64,000 bases of DNA from Gammaproteobacteria bacterium (GCA_963422205.2 CAXMWX010000009.1:128001-192000), one strand, 5' to 3'. Shown: positions 22,600 to 32,850, counted from the first letter of the stretch. Made by a program: numbers and translations. The notes: generated by a model from the letters alone, not told the origin.

Positions 22600-22769
22600 G
22601 AACGCCCCTGCTGTTTTTCGTAGCCCGCATCAGTATCACTTCGTTAGCGTAGAAGGCATCTTTAGAATATTTTGTTTCTTAATAATCCCCAAGTAATCCC
22701 TGAGCCTGCATTTGCGACCGCAGCACCTGGTGTGGTGTCTCCAGTCAATATGCCGTTGTGATGGCATAA

Positions 22770-23579
22770 TTACTCTACAGTATACCTGCCGCTTGAGTTA
22801 ATGTAGAAAACCGCGTCATTCTCAACATACACGTGATGTTCACCTTTGCTTGCCGAGCTGAAGAAGCTGCCTGGCGATAACAGGGTTTTGGTTTTTTCAT
22901 TATTCCATTGATGGGTGGCTTTACCGCTCACCAATACGGCTTTTAACCCCTTATCGTTTCTGATGCTACCCTTAAAATTCGCTGGCAGTTTAACAAAGCT
23001 GCCATTAGCCAAGTCAGATCTGCCCCACAGCCAGGCTATTTTAACCTGGCTTCTCTTTAGCCATTTCACATCTTGAGCATCGAGCCAGACCAGGTTGCGT
23101 TCAGCCATGTTGATTGGCAGCTCGCCGCTATCGAACGCCCTCTCCGCCGGCAGGACAAGATAGGGGCCACTGTCGATTTCCAGGTAAATGAGGTTATCCT
23201 GTCCATCGGCTGCTGTTATGTGGTTTGCGCCCGCCGGTTGAGTCCAAAATGAGCCGGTTGGCAACCACATTTTTTCTGCTGCCGGGTCGTCATTATGTAT
23301 TAATCCTTTGATCACGACAGCCCGGTAAGTGATGTTGTGAATATGCGGTGGCGAAGAGAACCCTTTGTTAAATTTCACCAACATCCCTGTGGCTGTATCC
23401 TGAGTGGGATCTCCCCATAGGGCGGCTGCTCTTGGGCTTGCATCACCTCTCGGCGGGTTGAGTAGGTCCCACTCGATATTGGCCTCAGTAATGATTACGT
23501 GATCATCCGCCTTTAAGGCCAATGCCGTCATACCCAGTGCCAATGCAAATACAGCGCACTTTAACTTATTCATGCCCAC
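22770..23579 (-). CDS. DUF4437 cupin-domain exported protein
   Basis: Signal peptide; LNPPRGDASP, SPPHIHNITYR, FWTQPAG...H. Confidence 0.8.
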   Translation of the reverse strand: MGMNKLKCAVFALALGMTALALKADDHVIITEANIEWDLLNPPRGDASPRAAALWGDPTQDTATGMLVKFNKGFSSPPHIHNITYRAVVIKGLIHNDDPAAEKMWLPTGSFWTQPAGANHITAADGQDNLIYLEIDSGPYLVLPAERAFDSGELPINMAERNLVWLDAQDVKWLKRSQVKIAWLWGRSDLANGSFVKLPANFKGSIRNDKGLKAVLVSGKATHQWNNEKTKTLLSPGSFFSSASKGEHHVYVENDAVFYINSSGRYTVE

Positions 23580-23657
23580 GGCTTTTAGTCACGTTCAGAA
23601 CCATACATTATGGTCCGCTATTTAACCCTGGATTTGAGCATCGCCAGCAGCGCATGA

Positions 23658-24350
23658 TTATGCCGCCTTCAGCTCAGTACGCATAAGGGCATGAACACGG
23701 CGGGCTTCCTGGTGTATGTAGCTGTCTCGGTGGGTTCGTCGAACACAGTAGTGCGTGAGTGAACCATCGTATAGCTTACCCACCACGCTGCCTGCCTTCT
23801 TCCCCAGCGTGATAAGCGCGCAAGGGGCAAGCAATTCAATCGTAGGGGCAACGATCCTGGCCCAGGCCGTCCGGCGCACGGCAGCTGGCGGCATTCGATC
23901 TGCGCGGGTTCTGTAAGGAACAACGTTCATATAGGCAACCTCATCGATCGTTACTCGGCCGCCTCCAGGGTCGGCGATAAAATTCGCCAGAGGTTCCATT
24001 CCATGACCACTTTCTTGAAGGCAGCATTCAACGCCTCGAATCTTATCTCGCCATTTTGCTCATCTGCGCCCTTGAAGCTGGTCATCAGGGGATAGAATAT
24101 CTCATCTTCGGGAGGGCGTTGCACACGCACATCACCTCACTCCCCCCGGATTGATTGCCAAAATAAGGAAACCACGCCCGCCAGCATAGTCCTTGCCCAC
24201 ATATCCGGCGAACATCGTTGCCGCATCTTCGGGCAGATTGCGGGGCTGATACTTTTTATCAGAAACACCGAACAACTCGGCACACTCAATGGCTGTAAGC
24301 ATCTGGAAGTGCTGCGCCAGGTGCGCCCTTGTCAGCGTATCAGCAGGCAT
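23658..24350 (-). CDS. Divergent uracil-DNA glycosylase superfamily protein (two frameshifts)
   Basis: ATG at 24350, just after the rpmG stop. Joined frames give GYVGKDY...FLILAINPGG, AYMNVVPYRT and LAPCALITLGKKA. Frameshifts lie near 24140 and 23955. Confidence 0.6.
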
Positions 24351-24357
24351 GGCGCTG

Positions 24358-24525
24358 CTATTTGATCTTCGCTTCCTTGTAGATGACGTGCTTGCGTACA
24401 ACAGGGTCGTATTTTTTAATCGCCATTTTATCGGGCGTGTTGCGTTTGTTTTTGGTGGTGGTGTAGAAATGCCCGGTGCCCGCCGAGGACTCCAGCCGGA
24501 TTTTCTCTCTTGCACTGTTTGCCAT
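24358..24525 (-). CDS. rpmG: 50S ribosomal protein L33
   Basis: Not in the ORF track. Manual translation: [55 protein letters not shown]. Confidence 0.97.
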   Translation of the reverse strand: MANSAREKIRLESSAGTGHFYTTTKNKRNTPDKMAIKKYDPVVRKHVIYKEAKIK

Positions 24526-24534
24526 GATCTTCCC

Positions 24535-24771
24535 CTAGACCTTCTCGCCTCGCTGGCGCAACTCGGCCAGCACCTGATCAATGCCTGATTTGTCGATGAT
24601 ACGCAGGCCCCTGGTACTCACGCGCAGCCTGACCCAGCGGTTCTCGCTCGCCACCCAGAATTTACGCCGATGCAGGTTGGGCAGGAAACGCCGCTTGCTT
24701 TTGTTGTTGGCATGGGAGACATGATTGCCTGCCAAAGGCCGCCTACCCGTGACCTGACATACTCTGGACAT
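24535..24771 (-). CDS. rpmB: 50S ribosomal protein L28
   Basis: MSRVCQVTG...[18 protein letters not shown]. Confidence 0.98.
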   Translation of the reverse strand: MSRVCQVTGRRPLAGNHVSHANNKSKRRFLPNLHRRKFWVASENRWVRLRVSTRGLRIIDKSGIDQVLAELRQRGEKV

Positions 24772-24864
24772 AACACACTCTTAAAAAACTGGTTTAAGGA
24801 AAGAGGCCGAATTTTACACATATCCGCCGGCCCTGCCAAGTGCCAGCGGTACCGGCGTATCCGA

Positions 24865-25539
24865 TCAGATATAACCCAACTCTGCCATGGAGACGGCCTC
24901 TGTATCACCAACGATGAGATGATCGATGACCCGAATATCCACCAGGGCCAGTGCCTCTTTGAGTCTTAGCGTGATTTGCCGGTCGGCATGGCTGGGCTCG
25001 GCAACGCCGGAGGGATGGTTATGACTGAAGATCACGGCAGCGGCGTTGTGGTACAGCGCTCTTTTCACCACTTCACGGGGATACACATTGGCGCTGTTGA
25101 TGCTGCCGTTGAATAATTGCTCACGGGCGATGATGCGATGCTGATTATCCAGAAACAGGCAGGCAAAGACTTCCTGCTTGTGCGACTTGAGCCAGGCACA
25201 GACAAAACGCTTGGTCTCTTGAGGGTTGTGCAATACCGACTCCCGCATCAGGCCGGTCTCCAGATAGCGGCGCCCCAGTTCCAGTGCCGCCTGTAGCAAC
25301 ACCCATTTGGTCTTGCCCAGCCCCTTGAATTGGCTGATAATTTTTGAATCCTGTTCCAGCAGGTTGCGGAGTCCGTTCAGCTCTTTCAGCATCTGCCGGG
25401 ACAACTCAACGGCGTTGGTGCCACGGTAGCCGGAATTTAAGAAAATGGCGAGCAGTTCCGCATCGCTGAGTGATTGCGCCCCACGCAATAGCAGCTTCTC
25501 CCGTGGGCGTTCGGCCTCTGGCCAGTGCTTGATGTGCAT
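24865..25539 (-). CDS. radC: RadC/JAB domain protein
   Basis: WPEAERPREKL, LSDAELLAI, HNHPSG...S..D. Confidence 0.95.
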   Translation of the reverse strand: MHIKHWPEAERPREKLLLRGAQSLSDAELLAIFLNSGYRGTNAVELSRQMLKELNGLRNLLEQDSKIISQFKGLGKTKWVLLQAALELGRRYLETGLMRESVLHNPQETKRFVCAWLKSHKQEVFACLFLDNQHRIIAREQLFNGSINSANVYPREVVKRALYHNAAAVIFSHNHPSGVAEPSHADRQITLRLKEALALVDIRVIDHLIVGDTEAVSMAELGYI

Positions 25540-25642
25540 CCTTAAATCAGGTCTCTGTCGTTGCCCGCCAGCGCATTTTGCAAGCCACCAGGGCCCGGCA
25601 AAAATAACGATTATACCGCTATATTTCAGGTAAACTAGCGCC

Positions 25643-26887
25643 ATGCAATCGCTCGCCAACAAACGTGTTCTGCTGGGGGTAAGCGGCGGTATCGCTGCTT
25701 ATAAGAGCGCTGATCTGGTGCGAGAATTGCGAAAGCATGGCGCTCGGGTGCGAGTGGTGATGACCCGCTCTGCCCGTGAGTTTGTCACGCCGCTGACCTT
25801 CCAGGCGCTGTCAGGGCAGCCGGTCGCCACCGAGTTGCTGGATCATGCGGCTGAGGCAGGCATGGGCCATATCGAGCTGGCGCGCTGGGCGGACTGTGTC
25901 CTGATCGCTCCGGCCAGCGCCAACTTCATGGCCAGATTATCTCAGGGCATGGCGGATGATCTGCTGGCCACGTTGTGCCTGGCGACCGATGTGCCGGTGC
26001 TGCTCGCCCCGGCCATGAATCGGGTGATGTGGCAACACCCGGCAACCCAGGCCAATGTGCATCTGTTAGAACAACGTGGTGTGCTTATCGCCGGGCCGGC
26101 GAGTGGCGAGCAGGCCTGTGGCGAGACTGGCCCCGGACGGATGTTGCAGCCACAGCAACTGACAGCCGCGGTGGCGGGCTTGTTTCAGCCCCAGGCCCTG
26201 GCCGGTGTTGCCGTGATGATCACCGCCGGGCCAACCCAGGAGCCGATTGATCCGGTGCGCTATCTCAGCAATCACAGCTCAGGCCACATGGGTTATGCCA
26301 TAGCACAGGCGGCCATGGAATCCGGGGCGGCGGTGACGCTGGTCTCCGGGCCGGTCACGCTGCCGCCGCCTGCATCTGCCCGCACAGTGAACGTGACAAC
26401 GGCCAGAGAAATGTATGCTGCCGTGATGCAGGACATTGGGCAGACGGATATTTTTATTGCCACGGCGGCGGTGGCGGATTATGCCTGTCTTAATCGTGCC
26501 GGCCAGAAGCTCAAAAAGACGAGTGAAACATTAACCCTTGAGTTGCAGAGAACGCCGGATATTTTACATGCCGTGGCCGAGGCAAAGGATGCGCCTTTTA
26601 CTGTCGGTTTTGCGGCTGAGACCGAAGCGGTGGCCGATCATGCCAGGGAGAAACTACAGGCCAAGCGGCTGGATCTGATCGTGGCCAATGAGGTCGGCGC
26701 CGAGTGCGGGTTTGGTGACCGGGAAAGTGCCCTGCATCTGTTTTGGCAGGCGGGAGAGCAGCGGCTGGCCTTGGCATCCAAGGATAAGCTGGCGCGCCAA
26801 CTCATCGCTCTGGTGGCAACACAGTATCGGCATAAACGTAACCAAACCCGCCCCGCCCGTCTGCTCACAGGGTACAGCTCATCATGA
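25643..26887 (+). CDS. coaBC: Phosphopantothenoylcysteine decarboxylase/ligase
   Basis: GGIAAYK, HIELARWAD, PAMN, TAGPTQEPIDPVRY, VGFAAET. Confidence 0.97.
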   Translation: MQSLANKRVLLGVSGGIAAYKSADLVRELRKHGARVRVVMTRSAREFVTPLTFQALSGQPVATELLDHAAEAGMGHIELARWADCVLIAPASANFMARLSQGMADDLLATLCLATDVPVLLAPAMNRVMWQHPATQANVHLLEQRGVLIAGPASGEQACGETGPGRMLQPQQLTAAVAGLFQPQALAGVAVMITAGPTQEPIDPVRYLSNHSSGHMGYAIAQAAMESGAAVTLVSGPVTLPPPASARTVNVTTAREMYAAVMQDIGQTDIFIATAAVADYACLNRAGQKLKKTSETLTLELQRTPDILHAVAEAKDAPFTVGFAAETEAVADHAREKLQAKRLDLIVANEVGAECGFGDRESALHLFWQAGEQRLALASKDKLARQLIALVATQYRHKRNQTRPARLLTGYSSS

Positions 26888-28011
26888 TGCAGGCGGCTGT
26901 CGGCAAGCGCAAGCGGAGCCACCGGGGGCGACTTAACGCCAGGCTGGCGGGCCGTGCCGTGCCCGCCTTATTGCTGTTGCTGGTCGGGGGAGGCGTGCTG
27001 GCCGGTGCCTGGTTGGCGTTCGGCAAGTTCTCGCAGGCGAGACAAGCCAGCAGGCTGGAGGATGCACAGCGTGCTGTGCAGGGAATGGCCGATGCGGGCA
27101 GCGAGCTGGTGGCGGCCTACGTCCGGCAATTACAGCAACTGAGCAAAAACACCCAAATCAGGCAGGCGCTCAAGGCCGATGATGCCAGCTTGCTACAGCG
27201 CCAGGGCGATGAGTTTATCGGGCAGTTCGATGCCGGCCTGCGATTGCGAATCTTAAAGCCCGATAATGTTAAGCGTGATGCAGACAGTGATCCGCCGCTG
27301 GGTTTTCGCTCGGTGAATTTACTCAGCCAGGCGGCACAATCCAGACAGCCGATCAAGGCGGAAGTGCATTTTAATGCCAGCCCGCAAGCGCATATCGTCA
27401 TGATAGAGCGCATCCAGGATGCCGATGGGCAGCTCGTGGGTCTGCTGCATTTGAGCCTGGATGTGTCCCTGCTGGATACGTTGCTGGCGGGTACCGTGCT
27501 GGATGGCTATATGGAACTACGGCAAGCCACGGGCAGCGACAAGACACTCACCTTAACTACGGTCGGCGCCGCATCCACCAGGGCGGGCGAGGTGATTTCC
27601 CAACCGGTAGCCCATAGCCGCTGGCAAATCGTGTACTGGTCTGGCGATACGGCGGCGGGATCCGTGTTAAATGGCGGCCTGTTTCTCCCGATGGCGGCTG
27701 TGCTGCTGTTGGCCGTTGGCCTGTTTCTACGCAAACGCTCATCCGGCGGCAGGGCTGGTTTTGCAGCAGATGGGGAGGTTGTTTATGCAGGTGCAGTCAA
27801 GGCGATCATGCAGGGCGCACATCCGGGTATGGAGAAGCTGGTGCCCAATCTGCCAAACATGGGTACACAAGGATCTATTACCCCGGTTTCCCGGGGCATG
27901 GTGGGCGAGGATGTCACGATGATCGCAACGCCACCCTCAGCAGAGGCGGCGGCGATGCCTGCCTCTGTCGCCACAGACAAAGGAGATGGCCATGGCAAAC
28001 AAAAGAGATAA
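26884..28011 (+). CDS. Membrane protein with periplasmic domain, resembling the N-terminal extension of long-form AlgC
   Basis: Two TM helices flank a ~200-aa extracytoplasmic region; the ORF overlaps the algC start. Confidence 0.6.
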   Translation: MMQAAVGKRKRSHRGRLNARLAGRAVPALLLLLVGGGVLAGAWLAFGKFSQARQASRLEDAQRAVQGMADAGSELVAAYVRQLQQLSKNTQIRQALKADDASLLQRQGDEFIGQFDAGLRLRILKPDNVKRDADSDPPLGFRSVNLLSQAAQSRQPIKAEVHFNASPQAHIVMIERIQDADGQLVGLLHLSLDVSLLDTLLAGTVLDGYMELRQATGSDKTLTLTTVGAASTRAGEVISQPVAHSRWQIVYWSGDTAAGSVLNGGLFLPMAAVLLLAVGLFLRKRSSGGRAGFAADGEVVYAGAVKAIMQGAHPGMEKLVPNLPNMGTQGSITPVSRGMVGEDVTMIATPPSAEAAAMPASVATDKGDGHGKQKR

Positions 28012-29398
28012 CTGCATTGTCGATCCGGCGATTTTTCGTGCTTATGATATTCGCGGCCTGACAAACAGGAATTTTACTGTTGATGTTGTCGATAAAATTG
28101 CCAGGGCCATCGGTTCGGAGGCGGCCGAGCGGGGCGAGCAGCAGATCATTGTGGCACGTGATGGCAGGTTGTCCAGCCCGGCACTGGCGAGCAGCCTGAT
28201 AAGCGGTCTATGCGCCAGCGGGCGGGATGTGATCGATCTGGGCATGGTGCCAACGCCCCTGCTGTATTTTGCCACGCATCACCTGTCGGCAAACAGCGGC
28301 GTGATGCTGACTGGCAGTCATAACGGGCCGGCATACAATGGCCTGAAGATCGTGCTGGCTGGCGACACTCTGGCGGAGGGCGCGATAACCCGGCTGTATC
28401 AGCGCGTGGTTGATGGTGATTTCGAATCAGGCCAGAACAATAACCGGGGCGATCTACAGACCACAGCGATCATTGCCGACTATGTGCAGCGGATTGCAGC
28501 GGATACCTCGCCGCCAGCAGGCAGGCCATTGAAGATCGTTGTTGATGCCGGTAATGGCGTTGCCGGGCTGGTCGCACCGCAACTGTTCAGGACCCTGGGG
28601 CATGAGGTGATTGAATTGTATTGCGAGGTGGATGGCCGATTTCCCCATCATCACCCTGACCCCTCACAGCCGGAAAACTTGCAGGCATTGATTGCCACAG
28701 TCAACACTGAACAGGCAGATATCGGTTTTGCCTTTGATGGTGATGGTGATCGGCTGGGGGTGATCGACAATACGGGCAAGATCATCTGGCCCGATCGGCA
28801 GTTGATGTTGTTTGCGAAGGATGTGTTGCCGCACAATCAGGGGGCAGCGGTTATCTATGATGTCAAATGCAGTCGTTACCTTAAAAGCGTGATTGAGGCT
28901 GCTGGCGGTCGGGCGGAGATGTGGCGCACCGGGCATTCGCTGATCAAGGCAAGAATGAAGCTGCTGGAGGCACCGCTGGCCGGCGAGATGAGCGGCCATA
29001 TCTTCTTCAAAGCGCGCTGGTATGGTTTTGATGATGCCATGTACGCCGCAGCACGTGTGGCGGAGATTATGGTCAAGGCAAGGGCCAGTGCGGCAGATAT
29101 ATTTGCCGAGGTGCCTGAGGGTGCATCAACGCCTGAGCTTAAGATCGCGCTGGCTGAAGAGCAGCTTCATACCACGATGGACAAGCTGAAACAGACAATG
29201 GATTTTCCGGGTGCTGATGTGATCGGGCTGGATGGCCTCCGGGTCGAATTTGCTGATGGCTGGGGTTTGATACGGCCATCCAACACGACGCCCTGCCTGA
29301 CGTTGCGTTTTGAGGCCGAGGACGCCGCTGCGCTTGATCGGATTCAGGCCGAGTTTCGGCGCTTGTTGACGGCGGTCAATATTCAGCCCGGCTTTTAG
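27986..29398 (+). CDS. algC: Phosphomannomutase/phosphoglucomutase
   Basis: IFRAYDIRG, TGSHN, FDGDGDR, GEMSGH, RPSNTTP. Confidence 0.95.
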   Translation: MAMANKRDNCIVDPAIFRAYDIRGLTNRNFTVDVVDKIARAIGSEAAERGEQQIIVARDGRLSSPALASSLISGLCASGRDVIDLGMVPTPLLYFATHHLSANSGVMLTGSHNGPAYNGLKIVLAGDTLAEGAITRLYQRVVDGDFESGQNNNRGDLQTTAIIADYVQRIAADTSPPAGRPLKIVVDAGNGVAGLVAPQLFRTLGHEVIELYCEVDGRFPHHHPDPSQPENLQALIATVNTEQADIGFAFDGDGDRLGVIDNTGKIIWPDRQLMLFAKDVLPHNQGAAVIYDVKCSRYLKSVIEAAGGRAEMWRTGHSLIKARMKLLEAPLAGEMSGHIFFKARWYGFDDAMYAAARVAEIMVKARASAADIFAEVPEGASTPELKIALAEEQLHTTMDKLKQTMDFPGADVIGLDGLRVEFADGWGLIRPSNTTPCLTLRFEAEDAAALDRIQAEFRRLLTAVNIQPGF

Positions 29399-29412
29399 GG
29401 CGCCCGGCCCTG

Positions 29413-30006
29413 ATGAACGCACCACCGGCCAGATCCCATCGTCAGCAGCAGATACTGGAGATGCTGGCGAGCGAGCTGGAGATGCGCCCGGGTTCACGCA
29501 TCACCACGGCGGCATTGGCGAGGGCGGTGGGTGTTTCGGAGGCGGCGCTTTATCGGCACTTTGCCAGCAAGGCAAAGATGTTCGAAGCCCTGATCGATTT
29601 TGCCGATGAGTCGGTGTTTGGATTGATTAACCGAATTATCGCCCGGGATGTGAGCGCAACGGCAAAATGCGAGCAGATCATGCGGCTGGTATTGGGGTTT
29701 GCCGAGAAAAACCCGGGCATAACACGCCTTCTGCTGGGCGATGTGCTGGTTGGTGAGCATGATCGTCTGCGTATCAGGGCGAGCAGGTTTTTTGACCGTA
29801 TACAAACGCAGTTAAAACAGGTGTTGCGTGAAGCCAATTTGGACAATAGCGCCAGAGTGACGACAACCATAGAGGCCAGCGCCAGCCAGCTTGTGGTGCT
29901 GATTGAGGGGCGCATGAGTCAGTTTGTTCGCAGCGATTTCAAAAACAAACCCACCACCGGGCTGGCGGAGCAGTGGCAGGTGTTACAGGTCGGCTTGTTC
30001 AGGTAG
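29413..30006 (+). CDS. slmA: Nucleoid occlusion factor SlmA (TetR family)
   Basis: RITTAALARAVGVSEAALYRHFASKAKMFEALI. Confidence 0.92.
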   Translation: MNAPPARSHRQQQILEMLASELEMRPGSRITTAALARAVGVSEAALYRHFASKAKMFEALIDFADESVFGLINRIIARDVSATAKCEQIMRLVLGFAEKNPGITRLLLGDVLVGEHDRLRIRASRFFDRIQTQLKQVLREANLDNSARVTTTIEASASQLVVLIEGRMSQFVRSDFKNKPTTGLAEQWQVLQVGLFR

Positions 30007-30012
30007 GAGGTG

Positions 30013-30660
30013 TTACTCCAGGCTGCCCACGGGGATGGCGCCGCTGCTTAACTTGTCGAACCGTGCCATGTCGGCGGCATAAGTGGCCTTTAAGTCCTCA
30101 ATCTCCTGGCGTTTATCGGCCACGTATTGATTGTTATTTTTCACCTGACGCTCCAAGGATTCGATCTCTTGCAGTACCTCCGGGCTTGGTGTCTTGCCGC
30201 CCAGTTCCTGTTTCTCTGCCGCCGCCCGGCGTCTTTGCAAATCCTCGCTGATTTTTTCAGTGCGTTTGGCGGTCAATGTGATTGAAGACTCGATCACGGC
30301 GATCTTGTCATCCCGTGTCAGTTGAATATCATCGGCGGAGCCGAAGGTATCGAGCAGCATCTTGTCCTTACGTGTCCGTGCCTGTATTTTCTTTTGTTTT
30401 TCCGCTTCAAGCGCCGCCTGTTTTGCCTCCGCCGCTAACTCCTGCTCGGTCTTGGCGCGCTCTTTTTCTTTCTTTACTATGCCCTGACTGCTGAGTTCCT
30501 GGTGGCCTTTTTGTGCAAACTCCGGCGGCACCTTCTCGCCACACTCTCTGACGCCCTCATGGTTGGTCCAGCATTTATAAGCACCCCCGGATGATGCACT
30601 TATAGTGAAAATGAACAGCAGCGCAAAAGCGCCAAGGCAGATGGGTTTACAGGTTTTCAT
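30013..30660 (-). CDS. Exported DUF4124-like protein with coiled coil
   Basis: Signal peptide; YKCWTNHEGVRECGEKVPPE, RKDKMLLDTF; a common neighbour of pyrE. Confidence 0.7.
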   Translation of the reverse strand: MKTCKPICLGAFALLFIFTISASSGGAYKCWTNHEGVRECGEKVPPEFAQKGHQELSSQGIVKKEKERAKTEQELAAEAKQAALEAEKQKKIQARTRKDKMLLDTFGSADDIQLTRDDKIAVIESSITLTAKRTEKISEDLQRRRAAAEKQELGGKTPSPEVLQEIESLERQVKNNNQYVADKRQEIEDLKATYAADMARFDKLSSGAIPVGSLE

Positions 30661-30747
30661 GATCTCTCCTTAACTGTTTCCTCGTTGTGGTGGTTACAGG
30701 TTTTGATATACGCCATTATACAACATGAACGCACTGGCGTAACCTGC

Positions 30748-31389
30748 TTATGCTCCATAGTCGTTGCGGTAGGCTTTAAGCCGCCCAAGTGCATGATCGT
30801 AACCGGTTGCGGCAGATAAAAACCGTATCAAATCAGCCAGATCAATGATATGGATAACCTCAAGATTGTGATGTTTTCCTATCTCATTGATGGCAGACTC
30901 ACCGCCCTCGCCCCGCTCCTGCCGGTCAAGGGCGATGATGACAGCGGCGGGTTCTGCCCCTTGCTGGCGGATGAGTTCTACCGCATGATTGACCGAAGTG
31001 CCGGCGGTGATCACATCATCGATGATCAGTACCCGGCCTGACAGGCGGGCGCCCAGCGTGAGGCCGCCCTCGCCATGATCTTTCTCTTCCTTGCGGTCAA
31101 AACAATACGGCAGATTGCGCTTGAAAAGCTGTGAATAGGCGATAGCCACGCTGGCAACCAGGGGGATGCCTTTGTAGGCTGGCCCAAACACCATGTCAAA
31201 CTCAATCCCTGCGGCCTGGATGGCCCGGGCGTAGAACTGGCCGAGACGCAACAGACGCTCTCCATCATTAAACTGCCCGCTGTCAAAAAAGTAAGGGCTG
31301 AGGCGGCCGGATTTTAAGGTGAATTTGCCAAATTTCAGCACCTCGGCCTGCATGGCAAAGCGGATAAATTCTGTTTGATAATTTTGCAT
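30748..31389 (-). CDS. pyrE: Orotate phosphoribosyltransferase
   Basis: FTLKSGRLSPYFF, FGPAYKGIP, IIDDVITAG. Confidence 0.97.
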   Translation of the reverse strand: MQNYQTEFIRFAMQAEVLKFGKFTLKSGRLSPYFFDSGQFNDGERLLRLGQFYARAIQAAGIEFDMVFGPAYKGIPLVASVAIAYSQLFKRNLPYCFDRKEEKDHGEGGLTLGARLSGRVLIIDDVITAGTSVNHAVELIRQQGAEPAAVIIALDRQERGEGGESAINEIGKHHNLEVIHIIDLADLIRFLSAATGYDHALGRLKAYRNDYGA

Positions 31390-31492
31390 GGCGATCATCC
31401 CGCACTTGCATCATGTTCTTAACTCTTTGCAGTATAGATCAGGTGTGGCGTGAATCTGTTATCATGACGCAAAAGATAACAACGATAAGCAG

Positions 31493-32260
31493 ATGAGGAT
31501 TGTCTCCATCAATATTAATGGCATTCGGGCCGGATACAGAAAAGGATTTTTTCGCTGGCTGGCAAAAGAGCGGGCGGACATCGTCTGCATACAGGAGACC
31601 AAGGCACAGGTTGAGCAGCTTGCTGATGCCATTACCCATCCTGCCGACTATCATGCATCTTTCAATTCTGCACAGAAGAAGGGCTACAGTGGCGTGGCTA
31701 TTTATTCATGCACAAAACCCGATAAGGTGATCGATCGCCTGGGCTGGGCGCAGGCTGATCAGGAAGGCCGGTTTATGCAGGCTGATTTTGGCAGGCTGAG
31801 CGTGGTTTCTTTGTATCTGCCATCCGGCACTTCCGGCGATGAACGGCAGGCGATCAAATATGAATTCATGGCCCGGTTTGAAGAAGAGATAAAAAAAATG
31901 CGGCGGAGGCGCCGGGAGTTTATCATTTGTGGCGACTGGAACATTGCCCATAAAAAGATCGACATTAAAAACTGGCGCGGTAATCAGAAAAATTCCGGTT
32001 TCCTGCCGGCAGAGCGCGCCTGGATGGACAAAGTGTTTGGAGAGTTGGGCATGGTGGATGCCTTCAGGCAGGTCAATCAAGAGGCGGAACAGTATACCTG
32101 GTGGTCAAATCGGGGCCAATCCTGGGCGAAGAACATTGGCTGGCGTATTGACTATCAGGTGGTAACGCCGGGCCTTGCAGGGTGTATCAAAACGGCATCG
32201 ATCTACAAGACCGAGCGCTTCTCCGATCATGCGCCGTTGATCATCGAGTATGATATTTGA
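31493..32260 (+). CDS. xth: Exodeoxyribonuclease III
   Basis: NINGIRA, CIQETK, YLPSG, GDWNIAH, WRIDY and SDHAP; catalytic residues intact. Confidence 0.93.
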   Translation: MRIVSININGIRAGYRKGFFRWLAKERADIVCIQETKAQVEQLADAITHPADYHASFNSAQKKGYSGVAIYSCTKPDKVIDRLGWAQADQEGRFMQADFGRLSVVSLYLPSGTSGDERQAIKYEFMARFEEEIKKMRRRRREFIICGDWNIAHKKIDIKNWRGNQKNSGFLPAERAWMDKVFGELGMVDAFRQVNQEAEQYTWWSNRGQSWAKNIGWRIDYQVVTPGLAGCIKTASIYKTERFSDHAPLIIEYDI

Positions 32261-32459
32261 GTTAGCCTCATACCAAACGCCGGGATAGCATTGTCTACAC
32301 CGATACTGCGTTTGCCCGGAAGAAATCAAACATGTCCTGAATAACTCATGCGTGAATCCTCAAAGCGCGATAAGCAAAAATGTCATAAATCTAAAATTTC
32401 CTTAAAGTGGGCTGACTGCAACAATTCAGGGTTCATAGAGCTTGCCTTAGCCAGCGTTA

Positions 32460-32850
32460 CTTCGTAACAGGCAAAGGTCAGCAGGGCCAGCAGTTTGGCG
32501 AAATAATCGGTCTTCTCCCGCTCCATCATATAAAAAGTTGCAACCAGTGTAAGCAGGGACACGGCAATCAACACCACGACCTGTAGCGCTGTCGAAAACA
32601 ATCCTCAGTAGCGATAAAACAGGAAGAACACGCTGATCGCCAGCGCCAGTCGCCAAGAAAAGACGCCATATTCATTCCCAGAGAGAATGGTTTTTCCTTG
32701 TGACCGACATCGATATCTAAAGGCATCGGCGGCATACTCGGCGAGCAATCGCTGATGATGGAAATCAATGGCCGATGTTTGCGCCTCCGCCAACCCCACT
32801 GCGCCTGCCGATTGCGACTCCGTCAGTTCCTCCTTAAATGCGGCAATCCG
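32460..32850 (-). pseudogene. Fragment of a DUF2157-like membrane protein gene
   Basis: Joined frames read RIAAFKEEL...HHQRLLAEY / DID...FSLGMNMASFLG / LALAISVFFLFYRY*GLFSTALQV...YFAKLLALLTFAC. There are two frameshifts, an in-frame TGA, and both ends are missing. Confidence 0.6.

Noticed and set aside
24132-24581. 149-aa ORF in the supplied track
   Set aside because: Its first half overlaps rpmG out of frame; only the part from ATG 24350 is plausible coding sequence.
30645-30706. TTACAGGTTTT repeated upstream of and at the start of the DUF4124-like gene
   Set aside because: There are only two 11-bp copies and no supporting context.
31493-32260. Crc (catabolite repression control), suggested by its position divergent from pyrE
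   Set aside because: The GDWNIAH catalytic residues are intact, as in active ExoIII; Crc has substitutions there.
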